The notes beneath the pieces are model-generated. The model saw only the letters and a program-made list of their open reading frames with translations. It was not told where the DNA came from and searched no databases. DNA of 64,000 nt from an uncultured Bacilli bacterium (GTDB lineage Bacteria > Bacillota_I > Bacilli_A > RF39 > UBA660). The stretch's first letter is position 1. Each line of letters opens with the position of its first letter. A program made the translations under genes and the position numbers. The DNA lies in the NCBI GenBank assembly GCA_949065595.1, contig CARSXK010000001.1:28029-92028 (forward strand), written 5' to 3'. Of this stretch, positions 51,990 to 61,937 are shown one piece after another.

Positions 51990-52778
51990 ATGTTAATTGA
52001 TACGCATTGTCATTTGGATACATATAGTAAATTAGAATTAGCGGATATTTTAGAACATATGAAAAATCATGTTATGATTGTAAGTGGTGTGAATGATATG
52101 ACCAATCACTTGGTTGTAGATTTGTGTAATCAATACGATAATATATATGGCGTAGTTGGAATTCATCCAGAAGAAGTAGATTGTGTTTTAGAAGATGCCT
52201 TTACATATATGGACTCTGCGTTAAAACATCCTAAAATAGTAGGAGTTGGAGAGATTGGACTTGATTATCATTATACAAAAGATAATATGGAAAAACAAAA
52301 GGAGCTGTTTGTAAGGCAGATTGAGCTTGCATATAAGTATCAAAAAGCAGTAGTGATTCATAGTAGAGAAGCCATTCAAGATACCTATGATATTTTATAT
52401 CAATATAAAGACTTTAATATCCCATTTGTTTTACATGCCTATAGTGGAAGTGTCGAGATGGCCAAACAATTTCTGGAATTGGGTGTTACGTTGGGGATTG
52501 GTGGTGTTGTAACATTTAAAAATGCAGGGAAAATAAAAGATGTAGTTGAATCGTATCCACTTTCTTCTTTTGTATTAGAAACGGATAGTCCTTATTTGAC
52601 ACCAGAACCATATCGTGGAAAGAAAAATAAACCTTATTATGTATTACTTGCCGCAGAAAAAATCGCAGAAATCAAACAGGTTACTGTAGAACAGGTAATA
52701 AAAGAAACTTCTCAAAAAGCCATTCAAACGTTTGGTTTACCCATTGATTTTCAATATATAGAAGAAAGGAAAATGTAA
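51990..52778 (+). CDS. tatD: TatD-family metal-dependent hydrolase
   Basis: LIDTHCHL start, EIGLDYH, HSR, ETDSPYL motifs. Confidence 0.92.
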   Translation: MLIDTHCHLDTYSKLELADILEHMKNHVMIVSGVNDMTNHLVVDLCNQYDNIYGVVGIHPEEVDCVLEDAFTYMDSALKHPKIVGVGEIGLDYHYTKDNMEKQKELFVRQIELAYKYQKAVVIHSREAIQDTYDILYQYKDFNIPFVLHAYSGSVEMAKQFLELGVTLGIGGVVTFKNAGKIKDVVESYPLSSFVLETDSPYLTPEPYRGKKNKPYYVLLAAEKIAEIKQVTVEQVIKETSQKAIQTFGLPIDFQYIEERKM

Positions 52779-53612
52779 ATGGAATATTCTCCAAAAAAAA
52801 TACAACAATTGTTAGATGAAAATGGATTTCATTTCAAGAAAATGTTCGGTCAAAATTTTATTGTCGATGAAAATGTAATTGATGCGATTCTCCGTAAAGC
52901 AGATATTAAGAATAATACTTTGGTTCTTGAAATAGGCCCAGGATCAGGTTCGCTTACCAATAAATTATCTTCAACTGCAAAACAGGTGCTATGTTATGAA
53001 ATTGATCATTCTTTGGATTGTATTTTAGATACAGTATTAGAAGGATGTTTGAATGTAGATATTATTTATCAGGATTTTTTAAAAAGCAATGTAAAAGAAG
53101 ATATTAGCAAATATTCATATGATTCTTTATATGTTGTTGCCAATTTACCTTATTATGTTACCACTCCTATTATTATGAAATTGATTGAAGACAATGTGCC
53201 AGTAGATAAAATAGTAGTTATGGTACAAAAAGAAGTTGGAGATCGTTTTAAAGCGAAACCAGGAACAAAGGATTATAGTTCTCTTTCGATATTTTTACAA
53301 TATTATTTTGAGATTGAAAAATTAATGGATGTGAGTAAAAATGTTTTTCTCCCAAAGCCAAATGTAGATAGTATTGTGGTTTCTTTTAAAAAAAGAAAAG
53401 ATAAGTTACAAGTAAAAAATGAATCATTATTTTTTCAGTTGGTGAAAGATAGTTTTATTCAAAAAAGAAAAACATTAAGGAATAATTTGAAAAATTATGA
53501 TTTGGAAAAAATAGAAGAAGTTTTGAAACAAAAGGGGTATGATTTATCGGTTAGAGCAGAAGCATTATCCATTGAAATATTTGTTGCGATGGCAAATGCA
53601 CTAAAGGAATAG
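52779..53612 (+). CDS. rsmA: 16S rRNA (adenine1518/1519-N6)-dimethyltransferase
   Basis: FGQNFIVD and EIGPGSGSLT motifs. Confidence 0.95.
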   Translation: MEYSPKKIQQLLDENGFHFKKMFGQNFIVDENVIDAILRKADIKNNTLVLEIGPGSGSLTNKLSSTAKQVLCYEIDHSLDCILDTVLEGCLNVDIIYQDFLKSNVKEDISKYSYDSLYVVANLPYYVTTPIIMKLIEDNVPVDKIVVMVQKEVGDRFKAKPGTKDYSSLSIFLQYYFEIEKLMDVSKNVFLPKPNVDSIVVSFKKRKDKLQVKNESLFFQLVKDSFIQKRKTLRNNLKNYDLEKIEEVLKQKGYDLSVRAEALSIEIFVAMANALKE

Positions 53613-53630
53613 AGCATATTCATGGTTAAA

Positions 53631-54335
53631 TTACGATATATAGTTTCTATTTTTTAGATATTGGTAGAGTACTGGGCATACATTTTGAATGTTTAAATTT
53701 GTATGATTTATAGCATAATTTAATATGTCAGTCATTTGATATGAATCTTTTACATGACATATTTTTATTTTGGATGAATGAATTCCATGGTTTGAAAATG
53801 TATGTAAGTTCCATTTATCCATTTTTATGGTTTTTAAGTCTGAATATACTGGTGAATAGCCCCCCTTTATTAAATATTCTTTTGGATAATTCTTGGCTTT
53901 TATTTGATCAATATCATTGAAATCGAAATCGATATGTTCTTTTAAATCTAAATTTAATAATATATATTTTTTTAAAAACCAATCAAAATATTTGTATGCG
54001 ATATATTTATGTATTTTATTGTAATTTATATATTTAAAATAAGCATTTATAATTATTTTTGGAAACCACTTGTATTTCATAACTTTAGTTCCCAAATGAA
54101 ACATACCTGGAATCAAGGGATATTTGCTACAAACATTTATCCAACAGTCAAATAAAATTAATAGATGATTCAAACCTTGTACAAAAAATACTTTTTTGGT
54201 TTCTTCTAAATATTTTGCGTGAAAGGAAATGCTTGGTAATAATCCACTTTTTTGAATGGATTTTAAATTACTTTTTTTTGTAAAATGAAAGTAATTGGTA
54301 TTGATATCATTCTTATTAAGTTCGTAATGTTTCAT
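53631..54335 (-). CDS. hypothetical protein (234 aa), orphan
   Basis: Opposite strand to all neighbours and visibly more AT-rich, with Lys/Asn/Tyr/Ile-rich composition. The N-terminal YFHFTKKSNLKSIQKSGLLPS pattern is only weakly reminiscent of H-x-T ADP-ribosyltransferase/Tpt1-like folds. Confidence 0.55.
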   Translation of the reverse strand: MKHYELNKNDINTNYFHFTKKSNLKSIQKSGLLPSISFHAKYLEETKKVFFVQGLNHLLILFDCWINVCSKYPLIPGMFHLGTKVMKYKWFPKIIINAYFKYINYNKIHKYIAYKYFDWFLKKYILLNLDLKEHIDFDFNDIDQIKAKNYPKEYLIKGGYSPVYSDLKTIKMDKWNLHTFSNHGIHSSKIKICHVKDSYQMTDILNYAINHTNLNIQNVCPVLYQYLKNRNYIS

Positions 54336-54519
54336 GTTATCACCTAATTTGTTTCAATTATATCAAGTTTTTTTAGTTATGAATAGTAACTTACCTTATT
54401 ATTTTGGTACATTGGATTTATAAGAGAAAAATAAGTTACAAAATAAAAGACTGATATTATTTACTTTTTTTTGACAGAATATTACAACATATTCTTGTAA
54501 ACTAACAGTGGTGATTCTT

Positions 54520-55833
54520 ATGATTGATTTTTTGGGTAAAATTCTATGGGCAATCGCAACCGTATTTATTGTAACTTCTAGTATTTATTTTTCATTTCGA
54601 TTAAAAGGAATTCAGTTTCATATGAAAGAAATGTTTACCAATTTACTTCATAAACAAAAAGACCACAAAGGTATTGGTCCTTTTCAGGTTTTGATGATGA
54701 CTTTAGCAGGACGAATTGGTGTTGGCAGTATTGCTGGAATTGCTTTAGCCATTTATATCGGTGGCGTTGGGTCTATTTTTTGGATATGGATCATGGCGAT
54801 TTTATCTTCTGCTTTGGCTTACGGGGAAACAGTGCTTGGTATGATTTATAAAAAAAGAGACAGTGATGATATTTACAAAGGAGGACCAGCGTATTATATA
54901 ACAGATGGGCTTGGAAAAAAGAAATTGGGTACGATATACGCAATACTTATTTTGATTTGTTATATCGGTGGCTTTTTGGGAATTCAATCCAATACCATTA
55001 CCAAATCCATTCAAGAAATCAAACCAATCAATTCTTATCTAGTAGGAATTGTCATTGTAGTGGTAACCTCACTTATTATATTTGGTGGTGTAAAAAAGAT
55101 TGCATCTGCAACTGGTAAAATTGTGCCAATCATGACACTTGCTTATGTAATATTCGCTTTTTATATCATGATTATAAATTATCAGTTACTTCCATCTATT
55201 TTTCATAAGATTATAAAAGAGGCTTTTCATTTCAAACCTTTTATAAGTGGTTTTTTGACTAGTTTTATTGTAGGCATTCAACGAGGTATCTTTTCGAATG
55301 AGGCAGGACTTGGAACAGGTAGTATTGCAGCCTCGACTTCTAATAGTGACAGTCCAACTGCACAAGGTTATATTCAAATATTGGGAATTTATATCACCAG
55401 TTTATTCATTTGTACTGCAACAGCTATGATTATTTTAACCAGTCAATACGATTCTACTATATTTACAGATGTCAATGGAATTGAAATTACACAGATGGCT
55501 TTCCAATATCATTTGGGAAATGTCGGTAATACATTTATTTTTCTATCTATTTTATTATTTGCCTTCTCTACTATTTTAACAGGATATTATTATGGAGAGT
55601 CTTCATTAAAATACTTTACCAATCATATCAAACCTATTTACTTAATTTTTTTAAAAGTACTTACCTTAATTGTGGTATTCCTCGGCTGCATTATGTCTTC
55701 TACTACTTTATGGAAATTGGTTGATGTTTTGGTTGCGATACTTGCGATTATCAATATTTATGGATTATTTGGTTTACGTGAAGATATTGTCAAAGAACTA
55801 GAATATTATCAGCTTCAAAAACACCGTGAATAA
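54520..55833 (+). CDS. alanine/glycine:cation symporter (AGCS family)
   Basis: ~11 TM helices with the FRLKGIQF..GPFQVLMMTLAGRIGVGSIAG N-terminal signature typical of AlsT-like transporters. Confidence 0.85.
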   Translation: MIDFLGKILWAIATVFIVTSSIYFSFRLKGIQFHMKEMFTNLLHKQKDHKGIGPFQVLMMTLAGRIGVGSIAGIALAIYIGGVGSIFWIWIMAILSSALAYGETVLGMIYKKRDSDDIYKGGPAYYITDGLGKKKLGTIYAILILICYIGGFLGIQSNTITKSIQEIKPINSYLVGIVIVVVTSLIIFGGVKKIASATGKIVPIMTLAYVIFAFYIMIINYQLLPSIFHKIIKEAFHFKPFISGFLTSFIVGIQRGIFSNEAGLGTGSIAASTSNSDSPTAQGYIQILGIYITSLFICTATAMIILTSQYDSTIFTDVNGIEITQMAFQYHLGNVGNTFIFLSILLFAFSTILTGYYYGESSLKYFTNHIKPIYLIFLKVLTLIVVFLGCIMSSTTLWKLVDVLVAILAIINIYGLFGLREDIVKELEYYQLQKHRE

Positions 55834-55887
55834 CTTTTTTTCTATTTCTATTTATGATACAATAAATAGAATGATGGAGGAAGTTTT

Positions 55888-56541
55888 ATGATAGTCAATA
55901 AAGATTGGGATAAAATTTTAGAAAGTGAATTTAAAGCACCTTATTTTCGGGAACTCGGCGTATTTGTAAAGAATGCATATCAACACCAAACTATTTATCC
56001 AGAATATAAGGATATCTTTAATGCATTTCGGTATACAGATTATAATGATGTTAAGGTTGTTATTTTGGGACAAGATCCCTATCATGGAGACCGTGAAGCC
56101 CATGGGCTTTCCTTTTCTGTGAAAGAAGGTGTCGCTATGCCCCCATCTTTAAGAAATATTTTTCAAGAACTTTATCAAGATATTGGAATCAAAAGAACGC
56201 AAACAGATTTAACTGATTGGGCAAAACAAGGGGTTCTGTTATTAAATTCCATTATGACAGTTGTCAAAGATAGTCCACTTTCTCATAAAGATAAGGGTTG
56301 GGAAATATTTACTGATAATGTGATTCGTAAATTAGGAGAAAGAGACAAACCTATGGTATTTGTACTATGGGGGAGTTATGCGAGAAGTAAAAAGGTGTTG
56401 ATTCAAAATCCAAAACACTTAATTTTAGAAAGTGTACATCCTTCTCCTTTGTCTGCCAATCGTGGTTTTTTTGGAAGTAAGCCATTTTCAAAAATCAATC
56501 AATTTTTAGAAAAAAATGACAATTCACCAATTCAGTGGTAG
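55888..56541 (+). CDS. ung: uracil-DNA glycosylase
   Basis: GQDPYH water-activating loop and the HPSPLSA motif. Confidence 0.95.
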   Translation: MIVNKDWDKILESEFKAPYFRELGVFVKNAYQHQTIYPEYKDIFNAFRYTDYNDVKVVILGQDPYHGDREAHGLSFSVKEGVAMPPSLRNIFQELYQDIGIKRTQTDLTDWAKQGVLLLNSIMTVVKDSPLSHKDKGWEIFTDNVIRKLGERDKPMVFVLWGSYARSKKVLIQNPKHLILESVHPSPLSANRGFFGSKPFSKINQFLEKNDNSPIQW

Positions 56542-56626
56542 TATGAAATGTGGGAAATAATGATATCGTTTCATTTTTCTTGTGGAAAGTAATATTTTAT
56601 TATAAAATAAAATAAGAGGTGTCAAT

Positions 56627-57952
56627 ATGGAACAGGCGTATCAATTTTTAATGGAAAATGTCAATTTCAAATATAGAGATACAGTAGTTGTAGCCATTAG
56701 TGGTGGGCCAGATTCGATGGCGCTTTTGCATCTATTATCCCGTGTAAAGGATGCATTTGAGCTTACTATTGTTTGTGCACATGTCAATCATAATGTGCGA
56801 AAAGAAAGTAGCGAGGAAGCTATTTTTGTTGAAAAATTTTGTAGAAACAATGGTGTTTTGTTTGAATATATGAAAATAGAAGATTATGGTGATGATAATT
56901 TCCATAATGAAGCGAGAACAAAAAGGTATCACTATTTTGAAGAAATTGTAAAAAAATATCATGCAAAGTTTTTGTTTACGGCACACCATGGAGACGATTT
57001 GGTTGAGACGATTTTGATGCGTATGGTAAGAGGATCTACTTTAAGAGGATATAGCGGCTTTTCTTATTTGGTTGAAATGGGTAATTATACGATTTTAAGA
57101 CCTTTGATTGGTGTAACCAAAGAAGAAATTCTAGAATATGATAAAAAATATAAAGTTCCATTTGTCAAAGATGCTTCCAATGACAAAGATGTGTATACTA
57201 GAAATCGTTTCCGTAAATATGTAGTTCCTGCGCTTAAAAGGGAAGATAAAAATGTGCATCATAAATTTTATAAATTTAGTAGAACGTTATTAGAATACAA
57301 TGATTATATTGATAAACAAGTAGAAAAAATAATGCCCAAAATATATATGCAAAATGAATTGGATATTGATGCATTTTTAAAATTGGATCATGTAATTGCC
57401 ATGAAAGTCATTTACTATATATTAGAGCATGTATACCAAGATGATTTGATGTTAATTACCGATCATCATGCGGAACTGATTTTTGGACTCATTACATCCA
57501 AACGTGTCAATGCTTATATTTATTTACCCAATTATTTAAAAGCTGTCAAAGCTTATGATAAGTTAACGTTTGTTCATGATGAAGAAAAAATGGGTTCATA
57601 TGAAATTGAATTGATTCAATATATGAATTTACCAAATGGTAAAAATATTGAAGTAGTTTCTAAATCTTCAAAAGATGATAATTTTGTCTGTCGTTTGTGT
57701 GCAAGTGAAGTGGCTTTTCCGCTACATGTACGTAATCGAATGAATGGAGATAAAATATATGTAAAGGGATTGTTAGGTAGTAAAAAGATAAGTGATATCT
57801 TTATTGATGAGAAAATTCCAATGAATGAAAGGGATTTATGGCCTATTGTGGTCGATTCAAAAGGGATGGTTGTTTGGTTACCGGGATTAAAGAAATCAAA
57901 ATTTGACAAAACAAAAGAGGAAAAGTATGATATAATACTAAAGTATTATTAA
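56627..57952 (+). CDS. tilS: tRNA(Ile)-lysidine synthase
   Basis: PP-loop SGGPDS. tilS-ftsH synteny. Confidence 0.93.
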   Translation: MEQAYQFLMENVNFKYRDTVVVAISGGPDSMALLHLLSRVKDAFELTIVCAHVNHNVRKESSEEAIFVEKFCRNNGVLFEYMKIEDYGDDNFHNEARTKRYHYFEEIVKKYHAKFLFTAHHGDDLVETILMRMVRGSTLRGYSGFSYLVEMGNYTILRPLIGVTKEEILEYDKKYKVPFVKDASNDKDVYTRNRFRKYVVPALKREDKNVHHKFYKFSRTLLEYNDYIDKQVEKIMPKIYMQNELDIDAFLKLDHVIAMKVIYYILEHVYQDDLMLITDHHAELIFGLITSKRVNAYIYLPNYLKAVKAYDKLTFVHDEEKMGSYEIELIQYMNLPNGKNIEVVSKSSKDDNFVCRLCASEVAFPLHVRNRMNGDKIYVKGLLGSKKISDIFIDEKIPMNERDLWPIVVDSKGMVVWLPGLKKSKFDKTKEEKYDIILKYY

Positions 57953-57968
57953 GAAGGGAGAATTTTGG

Positions 57969-59960
57969 ATGAATAAAAGAAATGTAAAACGCGGAATAAT
58001 GCCTTACTTCTTTTTACTAATTGTGATTGTAGGTATTATTTACTTTTTCAATATCACAAATCAAAAAGTGAATGTGATTAGTTACGATGCATTTATGAAG
58101 GAAGTTGCTGGAAATAATGTATCAGAAATTGTGATTACACCAAGAGATCGTGCAGGTGTATATGAAATTTCTGGTAAATTAAAAAATTATAAAGAAGGAG
58201 AAAGTTTCTTTTTCCGTGTACCATTAGCAGAAGAAGTAATGACCAAAATTTTGGGTGCTGAAGAAACATATGGATTTACCATTCAAACGAAAACCGATCC
58301 AGAATCAAGTACCTTTTTACTCTTTTTAGTCAATGTCTTACCAATGGTTATTTTGGTAGGGGCTGCTTTCTTCTTTATTACACGCCAAATGGGAAATGCC
58401 AATAAATCAATGGATTTTGGTAAAAGTAGAGCTCGTTTAAATGAGGATAGTAGAAAAGTGACTTTTAAACAAGTAGCTGGTTTAACAGAAGAAAAAGAAG
58501 AAGTTCAAGAATTAATTGATTTCTTGAAAAATCCGAAAAAGTTCCAAAGATTGGGAGCAAGAATTCCCAAAGGAGTATTATTGGTAGGGCCTCCTGGAAC
58601 TGGTAAAACCTTATTGGCACGTGCTGTTGCGGGGGAAGCCAATGTACCATTTTACTATATCAGTGGTTCTGATTTCGTAGAACTATTTGTCGGTGTTGGT
58701 GCTTCTCGTGTACGTGATATGTTCAAACAAGCCAAACATAATGCCCCATGCTTAATCTTTATTGATGAAATTGATGCGGTGGGTCGTCAAAGAGGCGCAG
58801 GGTTAGGTGGAGGTCACGATGAGCGTGAGCAAACATTGAACCAATTGTTGACAGAAATGGATGGTTTTGGAGCAAATGAAGGTATCATTATCATTGCAGC
58901 TACTAACAGACCAGATGTATTAGATCCTGCACTTTTAAGACCTGGACGTTTTGATCGTCAAGTAACTGTCGCATTACCAGATGTAAGAGGAAGAGAAGAA
59001 ATTTTAGAAGTACATGCAGCCAATAAAATTTTTGCAAAAGATGTAAAATTATCTAATATTGCTAGAAGAACTGTTGGTATGAGTGGTGCAGATTTAGAGA
59101 ATTTACTGAATGAGGCTGCTTTATTAGCAGTTAGAAGGAATAAAGATGCAATTACGATGTCAGAAATAGATGAAGCTCATGACCGTGTATTAATGGGTCC
59201 TGCTAAAAAGAGCCATAAATATACTGAAAGAGAACGTAAAATTGTTGCTTATCATGAAGCAGGGCATGCTGTTATGGGAATCAAATTGGATGGTGCCAAT
59301 GAGGTACAGAAAATCACGATTATCCCACGTGGAGCAGCAGGTGGCTATAATATGATGCAACCAAAGGAAGAGACTTATTTATCTACTAAAAAAGAATTGT
59401 TGGATCAAATAAGTGGATTATTAGGTGGACGTGTTGCAGAGGAACTTATTTTTGATGAGATGACTACAGGTGCACAAAACGATTTAGAAAGAGCAACCAA
59501 AATTGCCCGTGCTATGATTACTGAATTTGGTATGAGTGATTTGGGACCTGTTCAATTTGAACATCAAGAATCGAGTGTATTTTTAGGTAGAGATTATAAT
59601 AAGAGTCGTAATTTCTCTGGTCAAGTTGCTTTTGAGATTGACCAAGAACAAAGAAGAATTATAAATGAGTGCTATGAAATTACAAAGAAAACCATTTCTG
59701 AAAATAAGAAATTGTTGGATTTAATTGCGGAATCTTTATTAGAACATGAGACATTAACCAAAGAACAAATTGATTATTTAGTAGAAAATGGTTGTATGCC
59801 AAGTCAAGATTCAGAAGTAGACTATAGTAACTTCAAAGAAGCTAGTCTAGAAGATTTATCTTTAAGTGAATTAAAAGAACTAGCCAAAGAAAAAGGAATT
59901 CCAGGTTATTATAAAATGAACAAAGAGGAATTGAAACAAAAATTAGAAGAGGATGAATAG
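57969..59960 (+). CDS. ftsH: ATP-dependent zinc metalloprotease FtsH with Rho_N/SAP-like C-terminal tail
   Basis: Two TM helices, [17 protein letters not shown]. The extra C-terminal [28 protein letters not shown] is not part of the usual FtsH core. Confidence 0.96.
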   Translation: MNKRNVKRGIMPYFFLLIVIVGIIYFFNITNQKVNVISYDAFMKEVAGNNVSEIVITPRDRAGVYEISGKLKNYKEGESFFFRVPLAEEVMTKILGAEETYGFTIQTKTDPESSTFLLFLVNVLPMVILVGAAFFFITRQMGNANKSMDFGKSRARLNEDSRKVTFKQVAGLTEEKEEVQELIDFLKNPKKFQRLGARIPKGVLLVGPPGTGKTLLARAVAGEANVPFYYISGSDFVELFVGVGASRVRDMFKQAKHNAPCLIFIDEIDAVGRQRGAGLGGGHDEREQTLNQLLTEMDGFGANEGIIIIAATNRPDVLDPALLRPGRFDRQVTVALPDVRGREEILEVHAANKIFAKDVKLSNIARRTVGMSGADLENLLNEAALLAVRRNKDAITMSEIDEAHDRVLMGPAKKSHKYTERERKIVAYHEAGHAVMGIKLDGANEVQKITIIPRGAAGGYNMMQPKEETYLSTKKELLDQISGLLGGRVAEELIFDEMTTGAQNDLERATKIARAMITEFGMSDLGPVQFEHQESSVFLGRDYNKSRNFSGQVAFEIDQEQRRIINECYEITKKTISENKKLLDLIAESLLEHETLTKEQIDYLVENGCMPSQDSEVDYSNFKEASLEDLSLSELKELAKEKGIPGYYKMNKEELKQKLEEDE

Positions 59961-60031
59961 TCTTCTTTTTTGATTTGACAAGAACCAAAAGAAATGCTAG
60001 ACTATCTTTTAAAAAAAGGGGGATTAACTAT

Positions 60032-60655
60032 ATGCAAGTTCAAGATAAGGAGTTGTTTCATTATCATAGAGTAAGATATTATAATGATATATGGCAAGTA
60101 GGGAAAGAAATCATCATAGACGAGTCTTTTAATAGTGATTTTTGTAAAATATTGCAAAATTTTCATACAAGTGTTATTTGTAAAAACGATGAATTAGTCG
60201 CTTTTGATTCCGTAATTGAAGGATGTTTAGATGAAGGTTTAAAAAATCAGAATTTGAATTATGTGGCAAAAGTAGCAGAGAAGGCACGTAAATTAATTCT
60301 GCATATGGGTATTTATAATAGAGAGCTTACTTTAGAAAGATATAGATTAGATCATTGCCTGCAATTACCTAGTCGATTACATTCTGTTTGGTTTTGTGAT
60401 GAGAATGGTCTAGATTATTGGAAGAAACAACTGGGGGGGAACTGTCAACTTAAATTATTTCGTGTCTCACTAGATGGAGAGCTATTCTGTTCCAGTGATT
60501 ATTGGCTTCCCAATCGAAAATTATGTGTAGAACAGATGTATCAAGAAGCAAGTTTGTATTGGAATCCTCCTTACACAGAAGAATTCGACCGAGAATATTT
60601 ATTTCAAGGAAAAGTAAAGGTTTTGGAACAATTGCGTATTGATGACAAAAAATAA
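60032..60655 (+). CDS. hypothetical protein (207 aa), possibly DUF2441-like
   Basis: ATG at 60032 after AAGGGGGA. TTGACA-17-TAGACT at 59975-60003. The block RELTLERYRLDHCLQLPSRLHSVWFCDE is remembered from DUF2441-type proteins, but the assignment is unverified. Confidence 0.5.
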   Translation: MQVQDKELFHYHRVRYYNDIWQVGKEIIIDESFNSDFCKILQNFHTSVICKNDELVAFDSVIEGCLDEGLKNQNLNYVAKVAEKARKLILHMGIYNRELTLERYRLDHCLQLPSRLHSVWFCDENGLDYWKKQLGGNCQLKLFRVSLDGELFCSSDYWLPNRKLCVEQMYQEASLYWNPPYTEEFDREYLFQGKVKVLEQLRIDDKK

Positions 60656-60674
60656 AATTAGGAGTATCATTCCC

Positions 60675-60899
60675 CTAATTTCGTTGTTTTTCCTTTTTCC
60701 TCTTGTTGTTTGTTCTCCCTAGAAGGTAATCCACACTTGTATCATAAAAATCAGCGAGTCTGATTAATATTTCAGTTGGAATATCATAATTGCCAGTCTC
60801 ATAATGGGAGTATCCACGTGGTGAAATATTAAGGAAATCGGCAATATCTTTTTGCTTTAAATCTTTGTCTTCTCGCAAATCTCTTAATCTTTTATACAT
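60675..60899 (-). CDS. XRE-family HTH protein (74 aa)
   Basis: LKQKDIADFLNISPRGYSHYETG HTH_3 signature and a basic tail. Confidence 0.8.
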   Translation of the reverse strand: MYKRLRDLREDKDLKQKDIADFLNISPRGYSHYETGNYDIPTEILIRLADFYDTSVDYLLGRTNNKRKKEKQRN

Positions 60900-60934
60900 A
60901 TAATGTCCCCTTCCATAGAGACCATTATATCGAA

Positions 60935-60951
60935 CAAATTTTGAAAATTTG
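60935..60951. promoter_or_regulatory. candidate operator upstream of the XRE gene
   Basis: CAAATTTTGAAAATTTG is a 17-bp palindrome about a central base, 36-52 nt upstream of the XRE start. Confidence 0.25.
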
Positions 60952-61151
60952 CAAAATTGGAATGAAATAGTCTATATGATGTATCAATTGTTACTTTCCC
61001 AATTTATATCATATAAAAGCTTATATATTATGCTAAAAAAGCATCTTAAATTGTGTATGTTCCATGATAAAGTTGAAAAAGAGATAGTCAAATTCTTTCA
61101 TATGTGGTAAAATATATGTTAGATTATGTAGATGAGAAAATGGTGATTTAT

Positions 61152-61937
61152 ATGGGGAAGATAATTGCTTTGGTCAATCAAAAAGGTGGGGTTGGAAAAA
61201 CAACATCTAGTATCAATTTAGCAGCTTCTTTGGGTGTATTAAAAAAGAAAGTTTTATTAGTCGATTTAGATCCGCAAGGAAATTCTACCACTGGTGTTGG
61301 AATTGGTAAAACCGATTATGATAAAAGTATTTATGAATTGTTAAAAGATGAAGCAGCATTAAAGGAAGTCATTATCAAAACAAAATTTAAGAATTTATAT
61401 GTCATCCCAGCAACGATTAATTTGGCGGGTGTTGATTTTGAATTAATGGAAAAAAGCAAAATGGATCCTGATTTTACAAGGGGAGCGCAATTAAAAAAAT
61501 ATCTCGATCAAACAAAAGATTTGTTTGATTATATTATTATAGATTGTCCACCATCTTTGGGTATTTTAACAACCAATGCACTTACTGCTGCAGATTCTGT
61601 CATTATTCCTGTACAATGTGAATTTTTTGCATTGGAGGGAATTATGCAATTATTGAATACTATTATGTTAGCGCAAAAAAATCTAAATCCAACTTTGAAT
61701 ATTGAAGGAGTTTTATTGACTATGTTAGATAGTAGAACTAATTTAGGGCTAGAAGTAGTAGAAGATATTAAAAGTTACTTTAGAGAAAAGGTATATGATA
61801 CCATTATTCCGAGGTTAGTTCGTTTATCAGAAGCACCAAGTCATGGGAAACCAATTATTTCATATGATCCACAAAGTCGTGGAACTGAAGCTTATCTCAA
61901 TTTGGCAAAGGAAGTGATTGAACGAAATGGAAACTAA
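61152..61937 (+). CDS. soj: chromosome partitioning ATPase ParA/Soj
   Basis: Deviant Walker A NQKGGVGKTT. ATG at 61152 after GGTGA. Confidence 0.93.
   Translation: MGKIIALVNQKGGVGKTTSSINLAASLGVLKKKVLLVDLDPQGNSTTGVGIGKTDYDKSIYELLKDEAALKEVIIKTKFKNLYVIPATINLAGVDFELMEKSKMDPDFTRGAQLKKYLDQTKDLFDYIIIDCPPSLGILTTNALTAADSVIIPVQCEFFALEGIMQLLNTIMLAQKNLNPTLNIEGVLLTMLDSRTNLGLEVVEDIKSYFREKVYDTIIPRLVRLSEAPSHGKPIISYDPQSRGTEAYLNLAKEVIERNGN

Noticed and set aside
40100-59960. Apparent absence of yabA (between ricT and the yabB-like gene), hpt (between tilS and ftsH), rapZ (upstream of yvcK) and uvrA (after uvrB), relative to Bacillus synteny.
   Set aside because: Absence from a 64-kb window says nothing about the genome, since these genes may simply lie elsewhere. 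This is noted but not scored as a finding.
60935-60951. CAAATTTTGAAAATTTG considered as a CodY box.
   Set aside because: The CodY consensus AATTTTCWGAAAATT is 15 bp with a C-W-G centre. This site is two bases shorter at the centre, so it is retained only as a possible XRE operator at low confidence.
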